Positions 28,075 to 36,808 of a DNA stretch of 54,443 bases are shown here, in pieces (position 1 is the stretch's first letter; the number at the start of each line of letters is the position of its first letter). The notes below the pieces were generated by a model. It was given only the letters and a program-made list of their open reading frames with translations, was not told the DNA's origin and did no database searches. A program made the position numbers and the translations under genes. This DNA comes from a virus (taxonomy: Duplodnaviria; Caudoviricetes), in the IMG/VR virus record IMGVR_UViG_3300021379_001249, positions 1 to 54,443 of that record. One strand, given 5' to 3'.

Positions 28075-29754
28075 TCCCTCAAACAATTCAAAAATTGCAA
28101 ACGCCCTAGTGCTTACGTTGCCATTAGGAGATTGATTTATAACAACTTCAACTTCACCATTACTATATCCACTTCCTCCTCCACCACCACTTCCATCGTT
28201 ACCAGCCGTGCCACCATAAGCTCCAGATCCACCGCCTGCCTGATTGGGAGTACCACCATTTCCACCGTTGTTACGATGTCCAATACCAGGTTTATAACCT
28301 CTCTGTATTATTGGTGTTTGAGACATTTCATTACCATTTACATCACGGAATCTTGATTGTCCTATATCTTCACAAGGAGAGAATCTAGCTTGGAAATAAT
28401 CTGATCCGATCGTACAACCTGATACCCTACCACCTGTATTTGCATCCCAGTTTACACCACCGTAAACATTACCGCCTGGGAAAAAACCAATGACAGGTAA
28501 ACCTCCATCACCATAAGGAATTCCTCCCACTCCACCATCTCCACCGCGATTGTTACGTCCGTTAAAACCAGCTATACCAATACCTCCACCATTACCCCCT
28601 CTACAGTTAGAATTAGCATTAGAACCTTTTCCACCACCTCCGCCGCCACCAAGGGCAACTAAAAGTGTTCCTTTTTTATAGAGATATGCGGCACCTCCTC
28701 CTCCATTAAGTCCTCCGGTTGGTTGACTTTGAGAACCTAACTTGAGAATATATTCAGTATTTCGCTCTAATGTGATATTGAATATGGATATTGCACCTTC
28801 TCCTCCAACAGCAACTTCATTTTTACCAGCCGCCGCTGCTAAAGTCATTTTAATTTTAGTGTCTTTTTCAGGGGTGTGGAATGAATAAACACTGGTAGGG
28901 TTAGATGGATCTACAGTAAGAGTAAGTGATCCATCTGCCAAGTTACTCGTACCATTTCCAAAGAAGTTACCACTACCATCATGATAGTACCATTCTATGA
29001 TTGATCTATTGGCAACCACTTGAAACCCTACGCTGTCAGAGTCCAGTGGAGAATTACCTGCAGTAGGATGACTGATTTTACATCTCATTCCAGTCAAACC
29101 AACTTCCAGATCTGAAATAGTAAGTGTGGGAGTGGTAGCACCACTTACAGTGTCACTATCAGTCAATACTTCATTTCCTCGAATCCACTGATAACTTAAG
29201 TCAGAATCATCAGACACTGATGCGACAACACTAAATGTAGCATCAACTCCTTGTCCCACGATTTGTTCAACAGGTTCTGTTGTAATACTGATAGTTGGAT
29301 TTACGTTAACCAATACATTAGATGTGTCAGTGTCCACCGGTTGATTAACACCATTTCCTGTTGATGCAGCAATGCCAGCAGTAATGGCACCACTTTCAGA
29401 TTGATATGCTGAACCGTTATAGACTGCTCTTAAAAATACCTTTTTACCATCATCAGTAGGACTGACTAAGTTACTCAACGTAAGTTCATTTGTCTGTGCT
29501 CCACTAATCCTATCAGTGGTATCTACGGCAGCAACACCATCAATATACCACTGATATCCTATTGTTCCAGTGTTTGTTACTCTTTCGCCAGGTATTGTTG
29601 GATTATGTTTGAACTCAGCGGTAGCAATACCGGTGAAGGTAACGCTACCACCATCATTAACTGTAGACGATTCTGGTTCAGAAGTGAACCTTAAAAAAGG
29701 CCCGTTTAGATCAGTTGTTGTTTGAGTTACGTTATAGAATCCTAATCCTATCAT
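28072..29754 (-). CDS. Ig-like (x2) + glycine-rich adhesin-like protein
   Basis: Two YQW..GA.T..LT.S Ig-like motifs; C-terminal GGGGGGG/GG.GG-rich domain; ATGA overlap with the upstream gene. Confidence 0.7.
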   Translation of the reverse strand: MIGLGFYNVTQTTTDLNGPFLRFTSEPESSTVNDGGSVTFTGIATAEFKHNPTIPGERVTNTGTIGYQWYIDGVAAVDTTDRISGAQTNELTLSNLVSPTDDGKKVFLRAVYNGSAYQSESGAITAGIAASTGNGVNQPVDTDTSNVLVNVNPTISITTEPVEQIVGQGVDATFSVVASVSDDSDLSYQWIRGNEVLTDSDTVSGATTPTLTISDLEVGLTGMRCKISHPTAGNSPLDSDSVGFQVVANRSIIEWYYHDGSGNFFGNGTSNLADGSLTLTVDPSNPTSVYSFHTPEKDTKIKMTLAAAAGKNEVAVGGEGAISIFNITLERNTEYILKLGSQSQPTGGLNGGGGAAYLYKKGTLLVALGGGGGGGKGSNANSNCRGGNGGGIGIAGFNGRNNRGGDGGVGGIPYGDGGLPVIGFFPGGNVYGGVNWDANTGGRVSGCTIGSDYFQARFSPCEDIGQSRFRDVNGNEMSQTPIIQRGYKPGIGHRNNGGNGGTPNQAGGGSGAYGGTAGNDGSGGGGGSGYSNGEVEVVINQSPNGNVSTRAFAIFELFEG

Positions 29755-32700
29755 GCGAAGTTCTGTCCTCCTACTACACCGAATAATGTTGTGCCGCCAT
29801 CAAAAGTTTTGAATGAATAAATGTCAGTCTTATCAGCGGTTGTTGTGACAATGGGTAAGACACCACCTGCGGGGAACTTGACATCAATATCTGTTCCTCC
29901 ACTGGTTTTAAAAGTTGCAATACCAACAGAGTGTCCTCCAGTGCTATCCTGAGTAATAAGAATCGAGAAGGCAGTAGCACCAGTTGGAGGATTCAGGAGT
30001 GTGAATTGCGATACATCAGCATCGACTGCTAAGGTGAAAGATTGTGCGACAGACAAGTCAATGTTTACATTACCACCAGAGATGTCAAGAACTTCAACAT
30101 ATTCAGAATAAGTCTTAAACTTAGCAGATCCTTCAATGTCTACTTTTGCTCTTGGAGTTCCAGTTCCAAAACCAGTTTGATTACTAGATGTAGAAAGTGC
30201 AGTGCCAACAACAATATTGGTAGCAGTAATAATACCAGTGCGTATCTCACCAGATGTACTATCTAGTTTGTGATTTGCAGTGGTGATAATTCCGCTAACA
30301 TTTACATTAACAACATCAAGTCTTGCATCGAAAATAGCGTTGTTTCTTACCTTCAGATCTGTTGTTCCGGTTCCAGTTGTTCCAACATCAAGTGGGAAGT
30401 GAGGAACAGAAGTTCCAACACCTACGCGAACAAGGTTGTTGGGGAAGATGCCAGTTCCAAGTCCAACCGCAGTGCTGCTAAACAAACTATCATTCTGAAG
30501 GTTTGTAATACCAGAACCATCACCGATAAATTGCGTAGCAGTTATTACGCCAGCGGAGTTTACATTACCAGAGAGATAAGAATCACCTTCTACTCTGAAT
30601 TGGAATGTATTTGCCGCTGTTCCAACACCTGCTCTACCAGATGTATCGACAGAGAACTCAGTGCCACCACTACCAACTTTGAGAACCTTATCGCCAGGTG
30701 TGGTTGTAGCAATACCAACGGTGTCAAAGATTCCAACGCTAAGAGTCTTCTCAAGACTTACATTTCCGAAACGATACCAATCGTTTTCGGTGGTATAAAT
30801 CCAACCAACATATCCACCTCTAGTTGGGTTTGCATTATATACGACATCACCAGGGTTGCCTGCCAGTGAAGGGGTAGCAATACCAACTGTATACTTTCTA
30901 GAAACTGTTGTATCACCTTGTAAGAACAAGGAATTAGACTCAACACCCTTACTTGAGGTAGAGGTAATCTTTTCGTTGAAGATTACAGGGCCATCAAACT
31001 CAGAAACAATGTTTCCGTCAGGGCCACCCTCAACTCTCAGAGAACGACTGATGGATGCTTCAAGAGGAGTAAGTACATCAAATCCGACGCTCACACCGCT
31101 GGTTGAGACATCCTCACCAGTTACAGTAGGAATAGGTGCATCAAAGACTTCTTCTTGTCCAGTTGCAGAACTTACCTTCTTATTACCAACATAGAAGTCA
31201 CCAGCATCATTCATACCAGTATAGACATTTACACCACCATCAAACTTGAGAGACTGTGAAAGAAGTGCTTCTCTAGTGGTGAGATCTCTATCCTGCTTCT
31301 CAGGAAGTGCAGTTGAATAATTACCAGGGCCGTAACCAACATATTCAAATGTATGTCCAGATGCACGAATGATTGAGTTTCTTCTGAATTCAATTGGACG
31401 AACTTTAACTCTCTTAATTACAGAGTTAATCGCATGTGTAGTTGCTCTTGTTCCAAGGACACCTCTGAATACTGAAACAGGGTTACCTGTTACAGTTGTC
31501 TTGACTCTAACAATCTCCTCATCAATCAGCAGATAATCACCGATGTTGATATCAGTATCAGTGACATCCAGAATGTCAATATCAGTTGTTGATGCAGTCA
31601 GAACCGCTGCAGAAATTGTGGTAGTGATACCAGCATAAGTGGTTTGCTGTCTACCACTTAAGTTCTCATTTTCAACAACAACATTACCACCAGCGGACGC
31701 ATAACCGTGAGGGAATACTCTGATGGTTCCAGATGGTGTAGGAGCAACAGTTCCGACACCTATACTGATTTCAAAAGAATTAAGTGCTTCAGTCTTCTTG
31801 ACGATGAAATCACCTCTATAAAGTGATTGTTCAGCACCACCAAGTTCAATCTTATTGTTAACTCTCAGTCCGTGATTTTGAGTTGTGGTAACGACACCAA
31901 CACCAGTTACTTTATTGTAGTTGAAAGCACTTACATTCAGTGCTCTACCAACAACCTGAACAGCGGCAGATGCAAGATCGGTGATTCCAATTCCAGATGC
32001 ACCACTTACAGTTGCAGCAGATGCAACTTGAACTTCCTTCGCAGAACCTGCGGTAACACCGGTAATTCTATACAGAGTGTTGTAAGGATGATTTGTTTCA
32101 GGTTTAGCGTTGATTAATTCTACGGTGTCGCCAGTGTTGTCGTGAATCTTGGTGACAGTGACAATACCAACAGAATATCCAGAAGTTGTTCCAACACCAA
32201 CAATCTGCAGAGAATCTCCTACACTGTATGCACTACCACCGTCCATAATCTTGGCGGCGACAATGTTACCAGAAGAATTAACTTCAATTCTAGCAGTAGC
32301 ATTTTGTCCCTGAGATGTTGCAGCACCAGCAGAGGTTAACTTAGCGTTATAGATGTAACCAGCACTTCCATTACCATAACCAGCACCACTATCAGCGATA
32401 CCGATATTTACAACACGATTGAGTCCGTGATCAATGGTTGAGAAGAACGTATGAGCAGTTCCAGCACCATTGGACTGAACTTCGGTGACACCAAAACCAA
32501 TGTTATAGTCAAATACCTGAGCATTAAGTGTTTCTTTGGTAACACTATTCTGCGGATCATTAACAACTGTCTCGCCAATTGGTGTAGGCAGTGCGAACGA
32601 TGCAGACTGTGTAGGATCACTCTTGGGATTATCTCTGTTTGTTTGAGGATACAGAGTTTGAATATTCTGAGAGAATCTTTCGGTAGAGAAAGGAGAAACA

Positions 32701-35633
32701 GTAGGACTGTTAGAATTATTGATAATCAGCAGATGATAGATACCATCTTGCTCTCCAGCAATGTATCTTTGAATTTGCTGTGAACGATATACCTGATAAG
32801 TTCCTTTCGTTCTAGTCTGAGCGAAAGTAGGCAGACTTGTAGTTCTTGAGGATGTATCGTTGGTGAACGCACCAGGGCCAGAAGTGCTTACAAGTGATAC
32901 GGTGAACTCTCTAGCACTAGTGATACCTGTAACATTGAATCTACCATTAAAACCAGAGTTAGCAGTTCCAACTGGATTGTTAGCACTAACGATATTATTA
33001 ATCTCAACTTGAGAACCAATCTTAAGATTGTGGGGAAGTTCAGTTAAGATATTTGCAACATTGCTGCTCCAGTTAGCTCCAGCGATGAATCTAAAGTCTC
33101 TCTGCTCATTGACATTACCGATGGTTACTGAAGTAGGACTGAAGTATGATGCTACTTCAGTATCAGTTGCTCCGGTTGCATTAGAGGAGTCCTGAATGAT
33201 ATATCCATCAACAGGAGGACGGGCAGAAGTAATACCAGAACCAGAAGGAATTACATAACGTGCTCTGTAAATCGTATCAATGACATTTCTGGTGTCAGGT
33301 TTACGATTGATGAATGTTCTTGGAGTGGCAGCACCAAGAGAGGTGGTTCCAAGTGAAACTAAGGTAGAATAAATGTCATTATCTGTTGATGCAGTGCCAA
33401 CAGTTACATACCACTGCGACTCAGTAGAGTCAAACTGAATGGGGTGTCCAATGTCGCCAGCAACTTTATCAGATACTCTACTTTGAACTCTTAAAATACC
33501 ACCTTTATTATTAATGGTAAGAGCATCACCATTAATCGAATCATTCAGAGTCTTGGCAATCTTAATCTGATCAGTTCCTACGCCAGATGTAATTGCAAAG
33601 TAGAGTTGATTCGATTCTAATCCATCAGGAAGGTGTGCGTTTTCTGCAACGACACGAATGCTTTCACCAGACAGTAAATTGTGAGGAGAGTCAAATGTAA
33701 TCGTATTTGAAGTGATGCTATTGATTCCAGATGTTCTACCAACTTTGTGAATCTTCTGGAAAGTATCCTGAGTTGTTGATAACTCAGTATCAGGCATCAC
33801 AATACGAGCAGAACGATTCGTAGGTGTACCGCTACTATCAGGAATCAGAACGTTCAGAGTGTCGTTCTCTTTTGCACCGAATCTATAACCTTCAATGACA
33901 CTATCAGGAGCGACATCTTGATTAGTTTGGTTATAAAGATAAAGTCTGCTAGTTGATGCAACACCAACTACAGTCTTTTCAACATCAATCGCATTGAACT
34001 CAATTGCGCCTTGTGTAGTTTCAAGTTCTTTAGGAGGAATGATGTGAGTAATGTATCCAACATCATCTCTATTGAATGATGTAGTTTTGAATCCCTTTGA
34101 AACAAGTGCTTTTGCACCAAAGTTGGAGTTAGAGTTGGTAACAGATAAGTCACCACCACTCTCAGTCACAAAGTGATTTGCATAACCAATAGCAAAACAC
34201 GAAACGATTTGAATTACAGAGTCGTTTGATGCCTTGATATGGAAGTTTTCATAATCTGGTTTGAAGACAGCAGAGCTATCCTCATTGATGTTTGCATTTC
34301 CGGCAAATGTTGAGTCCTTATATTCTCCGCTTGATGCATTATACTTAACGAATGCATTTTTATCTTTCTGAAGTCCAATACCCGTAAACTGGGCAACAAC
34401 CATGGACTTAAATCCAAGTGCTTTGCTTCCATCAGCGTGCATACCGCACATACCGAAGACGGAACGCAGAGAGATGTTAAAGATATAAGGAGACGCAGAA
34501 GTTACACTATCAGACTGCAGATCAACCTGAGATCCTGTTACAGTGGGTAATGCATCAGAAGGTGCATTAGATACACTATACTTAAACTGAGTGGTTCCCT
34601 CAGCACTCGTCTCTAATACATCACTAACAACAAATTGTCCGTTGTATGCTTCTGTACCTACATTAGAAATCTTGATTGGAGTATCAACGTCTAATCCAAA
34701 CAGGGCACTTTCAAGAGTGACAGTAATGTCAGTGGTGGCAGTTACACCATCACCTGCCTTGATACTGGTAATTCCGATCGCACCACTCTTGGGGCCAACG
34801 ATACGGAATTCATCAATCTTAGGTTGAATGTCAAGTCCCGAATCAGGATAATCAGGTTGAATCTCTCTACCAGAAGAAGGCCCATACGCTAAACCAACCT
34901 TCTCATAATACATGTCAAGATCAGTTCTTCCAGCATCAAAGTTGCTGATGAATGCATCGTTGATCTTTACGTCGTTCTTACCATCAGCGTACTCAAAACA
35001 AGTAAGTTTATGGTGAGAAAAATTAGGAACGAATGTATTAGTAGTATAATCTTTAAATACGATTCCATTAGGATCACCATCAAAAATAGAGAACTGCCAA
35101 GTGTAGCAAGTACCAGTTACTCTGAATAGAGCAGTTCTTTCAATATTCGCATTTTCAGGATCCGGAACATATTTCGGACGAATCTTAGTTTTACGAAGAT
35201 CTAAACCTACCAGAGATGTTCCTCTAGGTAAAATAACTCCACCATGAACACTGTTAAGCTTATATAAAGCGTTATTTTCTGTTGAGAGATCAAAATTAGT
35301 GGTTAGTGAAAAAGATGGAAAGTCTGAAGAAGTAAGTCCATTTCTCAGTCTAAAGTTACCGGATCCATCAGGAATCCATCCAGGACGGTTATCTACAACG
35401 TGCTCACCAGGATATAAAAGAATCGTAGTCTTACTAAATCTATCGTTATCTAATCCACTCTGATACGAAAATCTAGCTGCCTCAATGAGTGCCCTTTGAA
35501 TCGTTTTAAAAGGACGAGCAAGAGAATTACCCTGATTTTCGATAGAGTCTGTGGCGTCTAAATCGTTAGGATTAACGTAGAGAATGTTGCCACGCGCATT
35601 CTTTAAAAAATTATCTAGACGACTGAGAGGCAT
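29751..35633 (-). CDS. Very large virion structural/fibre protein (1960 aa)
   Basis: MPLSRLDNFLKN..LYV...PFKTIQRALIEAARFSY N-term typical of cyanomyovirus large structural proteins; VGIAT repeats; C-term IDLS..F..ITQD.TGG..FP.G..P..TT.A.K.DI.SF..DGG..G..GQNF. Confidence 0.8.
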   Translation of the reverse strand: MPLSRLDNFLKNARGNILYVNPNDLDATDSIENQGNSLARPFKTIQRALIEAARFSYQSGLDNDRFSKTTILLYPGEHVVDNRPGWIPDGSGNFRLRNGLTSSDFPSFSLTTNFDLSTENNALYKLNSVHGGVILPRGTSLVGLDLRKTKIRPKYVPDPENANIERTALFRVTGTCYTWQFSIFDGDPNGIVFKDYTTNTFVPNFSHHKLTCFEYADGKNDVKINDAFISNFDAGRTDLDMYYEKVGLAYGPSSGREIQPDYPDSGLDIQPKIDEFRIVGPKSGAIGITSIKAGDGVTATTDITVTLESALFGLDVDTPIKISNVGTEAYNGQFVVSDVLETSAEGTTQFKYSVSNAPSDALPTVTGSQVDLQSDSVTSASPYIFNISLRSVFGMCGMHADGSKALGFKSMVVAQFTGIGLQKDKNAFVKYNASSGEYKDSTFAGNANINEDSSAVFKPDYENFHIKASNDSVIQIVSCFAIGYANHFVTESGGDLSVTNSNSNFGAKALVSKGFKTTSFNRDDVGYITHIIPPKELETTQGAIEFNAIDVEKTVVGVASTSRLYLYNQTNQDVAPDSVIEGYRFGAKENDTLNVLIPDSSGTPTNRSARIVMPDTELSTTQDTFQKIHKVGRTSGINSITSNTITFDSPHNLLSGESIRVVAENAHLPDGLESNQLYFAITSGVGTDQIKIAKTLNDSINGDALTINNKGGILRVQSRVSDKVAGDIGHPIQFDSTESQWYVTVGTASTDNDIYSTLVSLGTTSLGAATPRTFINRKPDTRNVIDTIYRARYVIPSGSGITSARPPVDGYIIQDSSNATGATDTEVASYFSPTSVTIGNVNEQRDFRFIAGANWSSNVANILTELPHNLKIGSQVEINNIVSANNPVGTANSGFNGRFNVTGITSAREFTVSLVSTSGPGAFTNDTSSRTTSLPTFAQTRTKGTYQVYRSQQIQRYIAGEQDGIYHLLIINNSNSPTVSPFSTERFSQNIQTLYPQTNRDNPKSDPTQSASFALPTPIGETVVNDPQNSVTKETLNAQVFDYNIGFGVTEVQSNGAGTAHTFFSTIDHGLNRVVNIGIADSGAGYGNGSAGYIYNAKLTSAGAATSQGQNATARIEVNSSGNIVAAKIMDGGSAYSVGDSLQIVGVGTTSGYSVGIVTVTKIHDNTGDTVELINAKPETNHPYNTLYRITGVTAGSAKEVQVASAATVSGASGIGITDLASAAVQVVGRALNVSAFNYNKVTGVGVVTTTQNHGLRVNNKIELGGAEQSLYRGDFIVKKTEALNSFEISIGVGTVAPTPSGTIRVFPHGYASAGGNVVVENENLSGRQQTTYAGITTTISAAVLTASTTDIDILDVTDTDINIGDYLLIDEEIVRVKTTVTGNPVSVFRGVLGTRATTHAINSVIKRVKVRPIEFRRNSIIRASGHTFEYVGYGPGNYSTALPEKQDRDLTTREALLSQSLKFDGGVNVYTGMNDAGDFYVGNKKVSSATGQEEVFDAPIPTVTGEDVSTSGVSVGFDVLTPLEASISRSLRVEGGPDGNIVSEFDGPVIFNEKITSTSSKGVESNSLFLQGDTTVSRKYTVGIATPSLAGNPGDVVYNANPTRGGYVGWIYTTENDWYRFGNVSLEKTLSVGIFDTVGIATTTPGDKVLKVGSGGTEFSVDTSGRAGVGTAANTFQFRVEGDSYLSGNVNSAGVITATQFIGDGSGITNLQNDSLFSSTAVGLGTGIFPNNLVRVGVGTSVPHFPLDVGTTGTGTTDLKVRNNAIFDARLDVVNVNVSGIITTANHKLDSTSGEIRTGIITATNIVVGTALSTSSNQTGFGTGTPRAKVDIEGSAKFKTYSEYVEVLDISGGNVNIDLSVAQSFTLAVDADVSQFTLLNPPTGATAFSILITQDSTGGHSVGIATFKTSGGTDIDVKFPAGGVLPIVTTTADKTDIYSFKTFDGGTTLFGVVGGQNFA

Positions 35634-35662
35634 CTTACTAACGCACTATTTCTGTTGTTAGT

Positions 35663-35668
35663 TATTTA
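35663..35668 (-). promoter_or_regulatory. T4-type late promoter (TAAATA)
   Basis: Upstream of 29751-35633. Confidence 0.65.
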
Positions 35669-35683
35669 TCAGTTATATTATCA

Positions 35684-35755
35684 AGCCCCCGAACGGATTT
35701 GAACCGATGGCCTACGCTTTACAAAAGCGTTGCTCTACCGCTGAGCTACAGGGGC
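35684..35755 (-). tRNA. trnT: tRNA-Thr (UGU)
   Basis: GCCCCTG acceptor stem, TAGCTCAGCGGTAGAGC D-arm, anticodon arm ACGCT-TTTGTAA-AGCGT, GGTTCAAATCC T-arm; no encoded CCA. Confidence 0.93.
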
Positions 35756-35757
35756 AA

Positions 35758-35841
35758 TAGGAGTGGGGGGACTTGAACCCCCACGAAGTTACCTTCAACA
35801 GATTTTAAGTCTGGTGCGTCTACCGATTCCGCCACACTCCC
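35758..35841 (-). tRNA. trnL: tRNA-Leu (UAA)
   Basis: GGGAGTGTGGCGGAATCGGTAGACGC, anticodon loop CT-TAA-AA, long variable arm, GGTTCAAGTCC T-arm. Confidence 0.93.
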
Positions 35842-35847
35842 AAAAAA

Positions 35848-36102
35848 TTAGGGGTATTCTTTTTCTCCACCACCTAATGCCATTTCAAAAGAACCTTCAA
35901 GATCCTCTCCATCACCATAAACTTCAATTAGTCTATCCCAAATAGATGCATCAACTCCATCTATCCACATTCCCCAAGTACCAGTATCTTCAGGATCTGG
36001 ATCCCAAGTGCAAATGTCTGCTTCGGGATAATTAAATTGAATAAAATCAACTACTTCAAGTTGATCATTTTCCGTTTCAAGATATACCTTCAAATCATCC
36101 AT
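35848..36102 (-). CDS. Hypothetical acidic protein (84 aa)
   Basis: ORF in operon context; strongly D/E-rich. Confidence 0.65.
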   Translation of the reverse strand: MDDLKVYLETENDQLEVVDFIQFNYPEADICTWDPDPEDTGTWGMWIDGVDASIWDRLIEVYGDGEDLEGSFEMALGGGEKEYP

Positions 36103-36247
36103 TATATGTCGGTGGATGAAATGTACAATATTCGTTAAATGTAATCTTCATCTCCTTATTAGTCAGATTCGCATTTTTCGCTGCTTTCGGTAAGTTCCAT
36201 TTCGCAGCGAATAACATTTCCATAGACTGACGGGTTTCTGTTCTCAT
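36095..36247 (-). CDS. Small cyanophage hypothetical protein (50 aa; missed by ORF track)
   Basis: MRTETRQSMEMLFAAKWNLPKAAKNANLTNKEMKITFNEYCTFHPPTYNG*. Resembles a small gene I recall from cyanomyoviruses; overlaps the next start by 8 nt. Confidence 0.65.
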   Translation of the reverse strand: MRTETRQSMEMLFAAKWNLPKAAKNANLTNKEMKITFNEYCTFHPPTYNG

Positions 36248-36345
36248 ACTCGTAACACTTAAGAATTTCTTCGTAAAACCCTACAGGGTAAATTTTTGCC
36301 GGAATTTTTTTTGGCGCTTTTTTGGAATTAAAGCTCATTTTTCCC

Positions 36346-36528
36346 TCAGAGAGGACTTGAATACGCGATAGCATCTTCGGGTGCAGTATCACGAATGAAA
36401 GACAACACATTCATGAACTCATCCATTGTCGTGCAATCCACAACCCTCTCATCACCTTCGTTGGAGTAGAGATAAAAATTACGGGTAGAAGGATCGATGA
36501 CGACTCGGGTGAGAAACTCGTCTTGCAT
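36346..36528 (-). CDS. Small cyanophage hypothetical protein (60 aa)
   Basis: First ORF after a perfect sigma70 promoter; F.LYSNEG..R.V.C....EFMNVL motif. Confidence 0.7.
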   Translation of the reverse strand: MQDEFLTRVVIDPSTRNFYLYSNEGDERVVDCTTMDEFMNVLSFIRDTAPEDAIAYSSPL

Positions 36529-36553
36529 TAGGTGTTCCCTTGATTACCCACAT

Positions 36554-36582
36554 ATTATAAGGTAATCAGGAATCCTTGTCAA
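36554..36582 (-). promoter_or_regulatory. Sigma70-type early promoter
   Basis: TTGACA-N17-TATAAT perfect consensus. Confidence 0.85.
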
Positions 36583-36808
36583 GCAACTCACCGATGATTA
36601 TGTAGTAACAATCCACTGGCAACCCATTGGTATCCAGAGTGATCTCCCTCCCCTGACGACGCTTGACACGAAGATCTTGGTTCGCTCCAACCTGTGTCAA
36701 ATGAATTGTGATGGAGTCCATGTCAATATCCTCTTCCCATGATTCTGGGATAATAATTTCTTTTTTAGTTGTTCTGCCATGCAGAAATTCAAAGTTTGGT
36801 TCAATCAT
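36566..36808 (-). CDS. Small protein homologous to the C-terminal domain of 38302-39306
   Basis: HGR..KEIIIPESWEE.ID.DSITIHLT..G..QDL.V aligns with RGK..NHIIKLPEYWKGLVDYDTITVNLT.FG..DDLYV. Confidence 0.7.
   Translation of the reverse strand: MIEPNFEFLHGRTTKKEIIIPESWEEDIDMDSITIHLTQVGANQDLRVKRRQGREITLDTNGLPVDCYYIIIGELLDKDS

Noticed and set aside
2027-34827. Numerous plus-strand ORFs of 60-200 aa (e.g. 5811-6245, 30270-30869)
   Set aside because: Antisense shadows of G/T/S-rich minus-strand genes, caused by codon bias; no RBS or recognisable motifs.
481-35633. Diversity-generating retroelement or invertase shufflon acting on the fibre genes
   Set aside because: No reverse transcriptase or recombinase ORF in the window, no non-coding template repeat with adenine-specific mismatches, and all genes are co-oriented with no inverted crossover sites seen.
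35763-35945. 60-aa plus-strand ORF
   Set aside because: It is the reverse complement of tRNA-Leu.
36159-36410. 83-aa ORF as given in the track
   Set aside because: Its 5' part overlaps 36346-36528; the 50-aa ORF in another frame is better supported. At most a shorter version starting at 36338 is possible.
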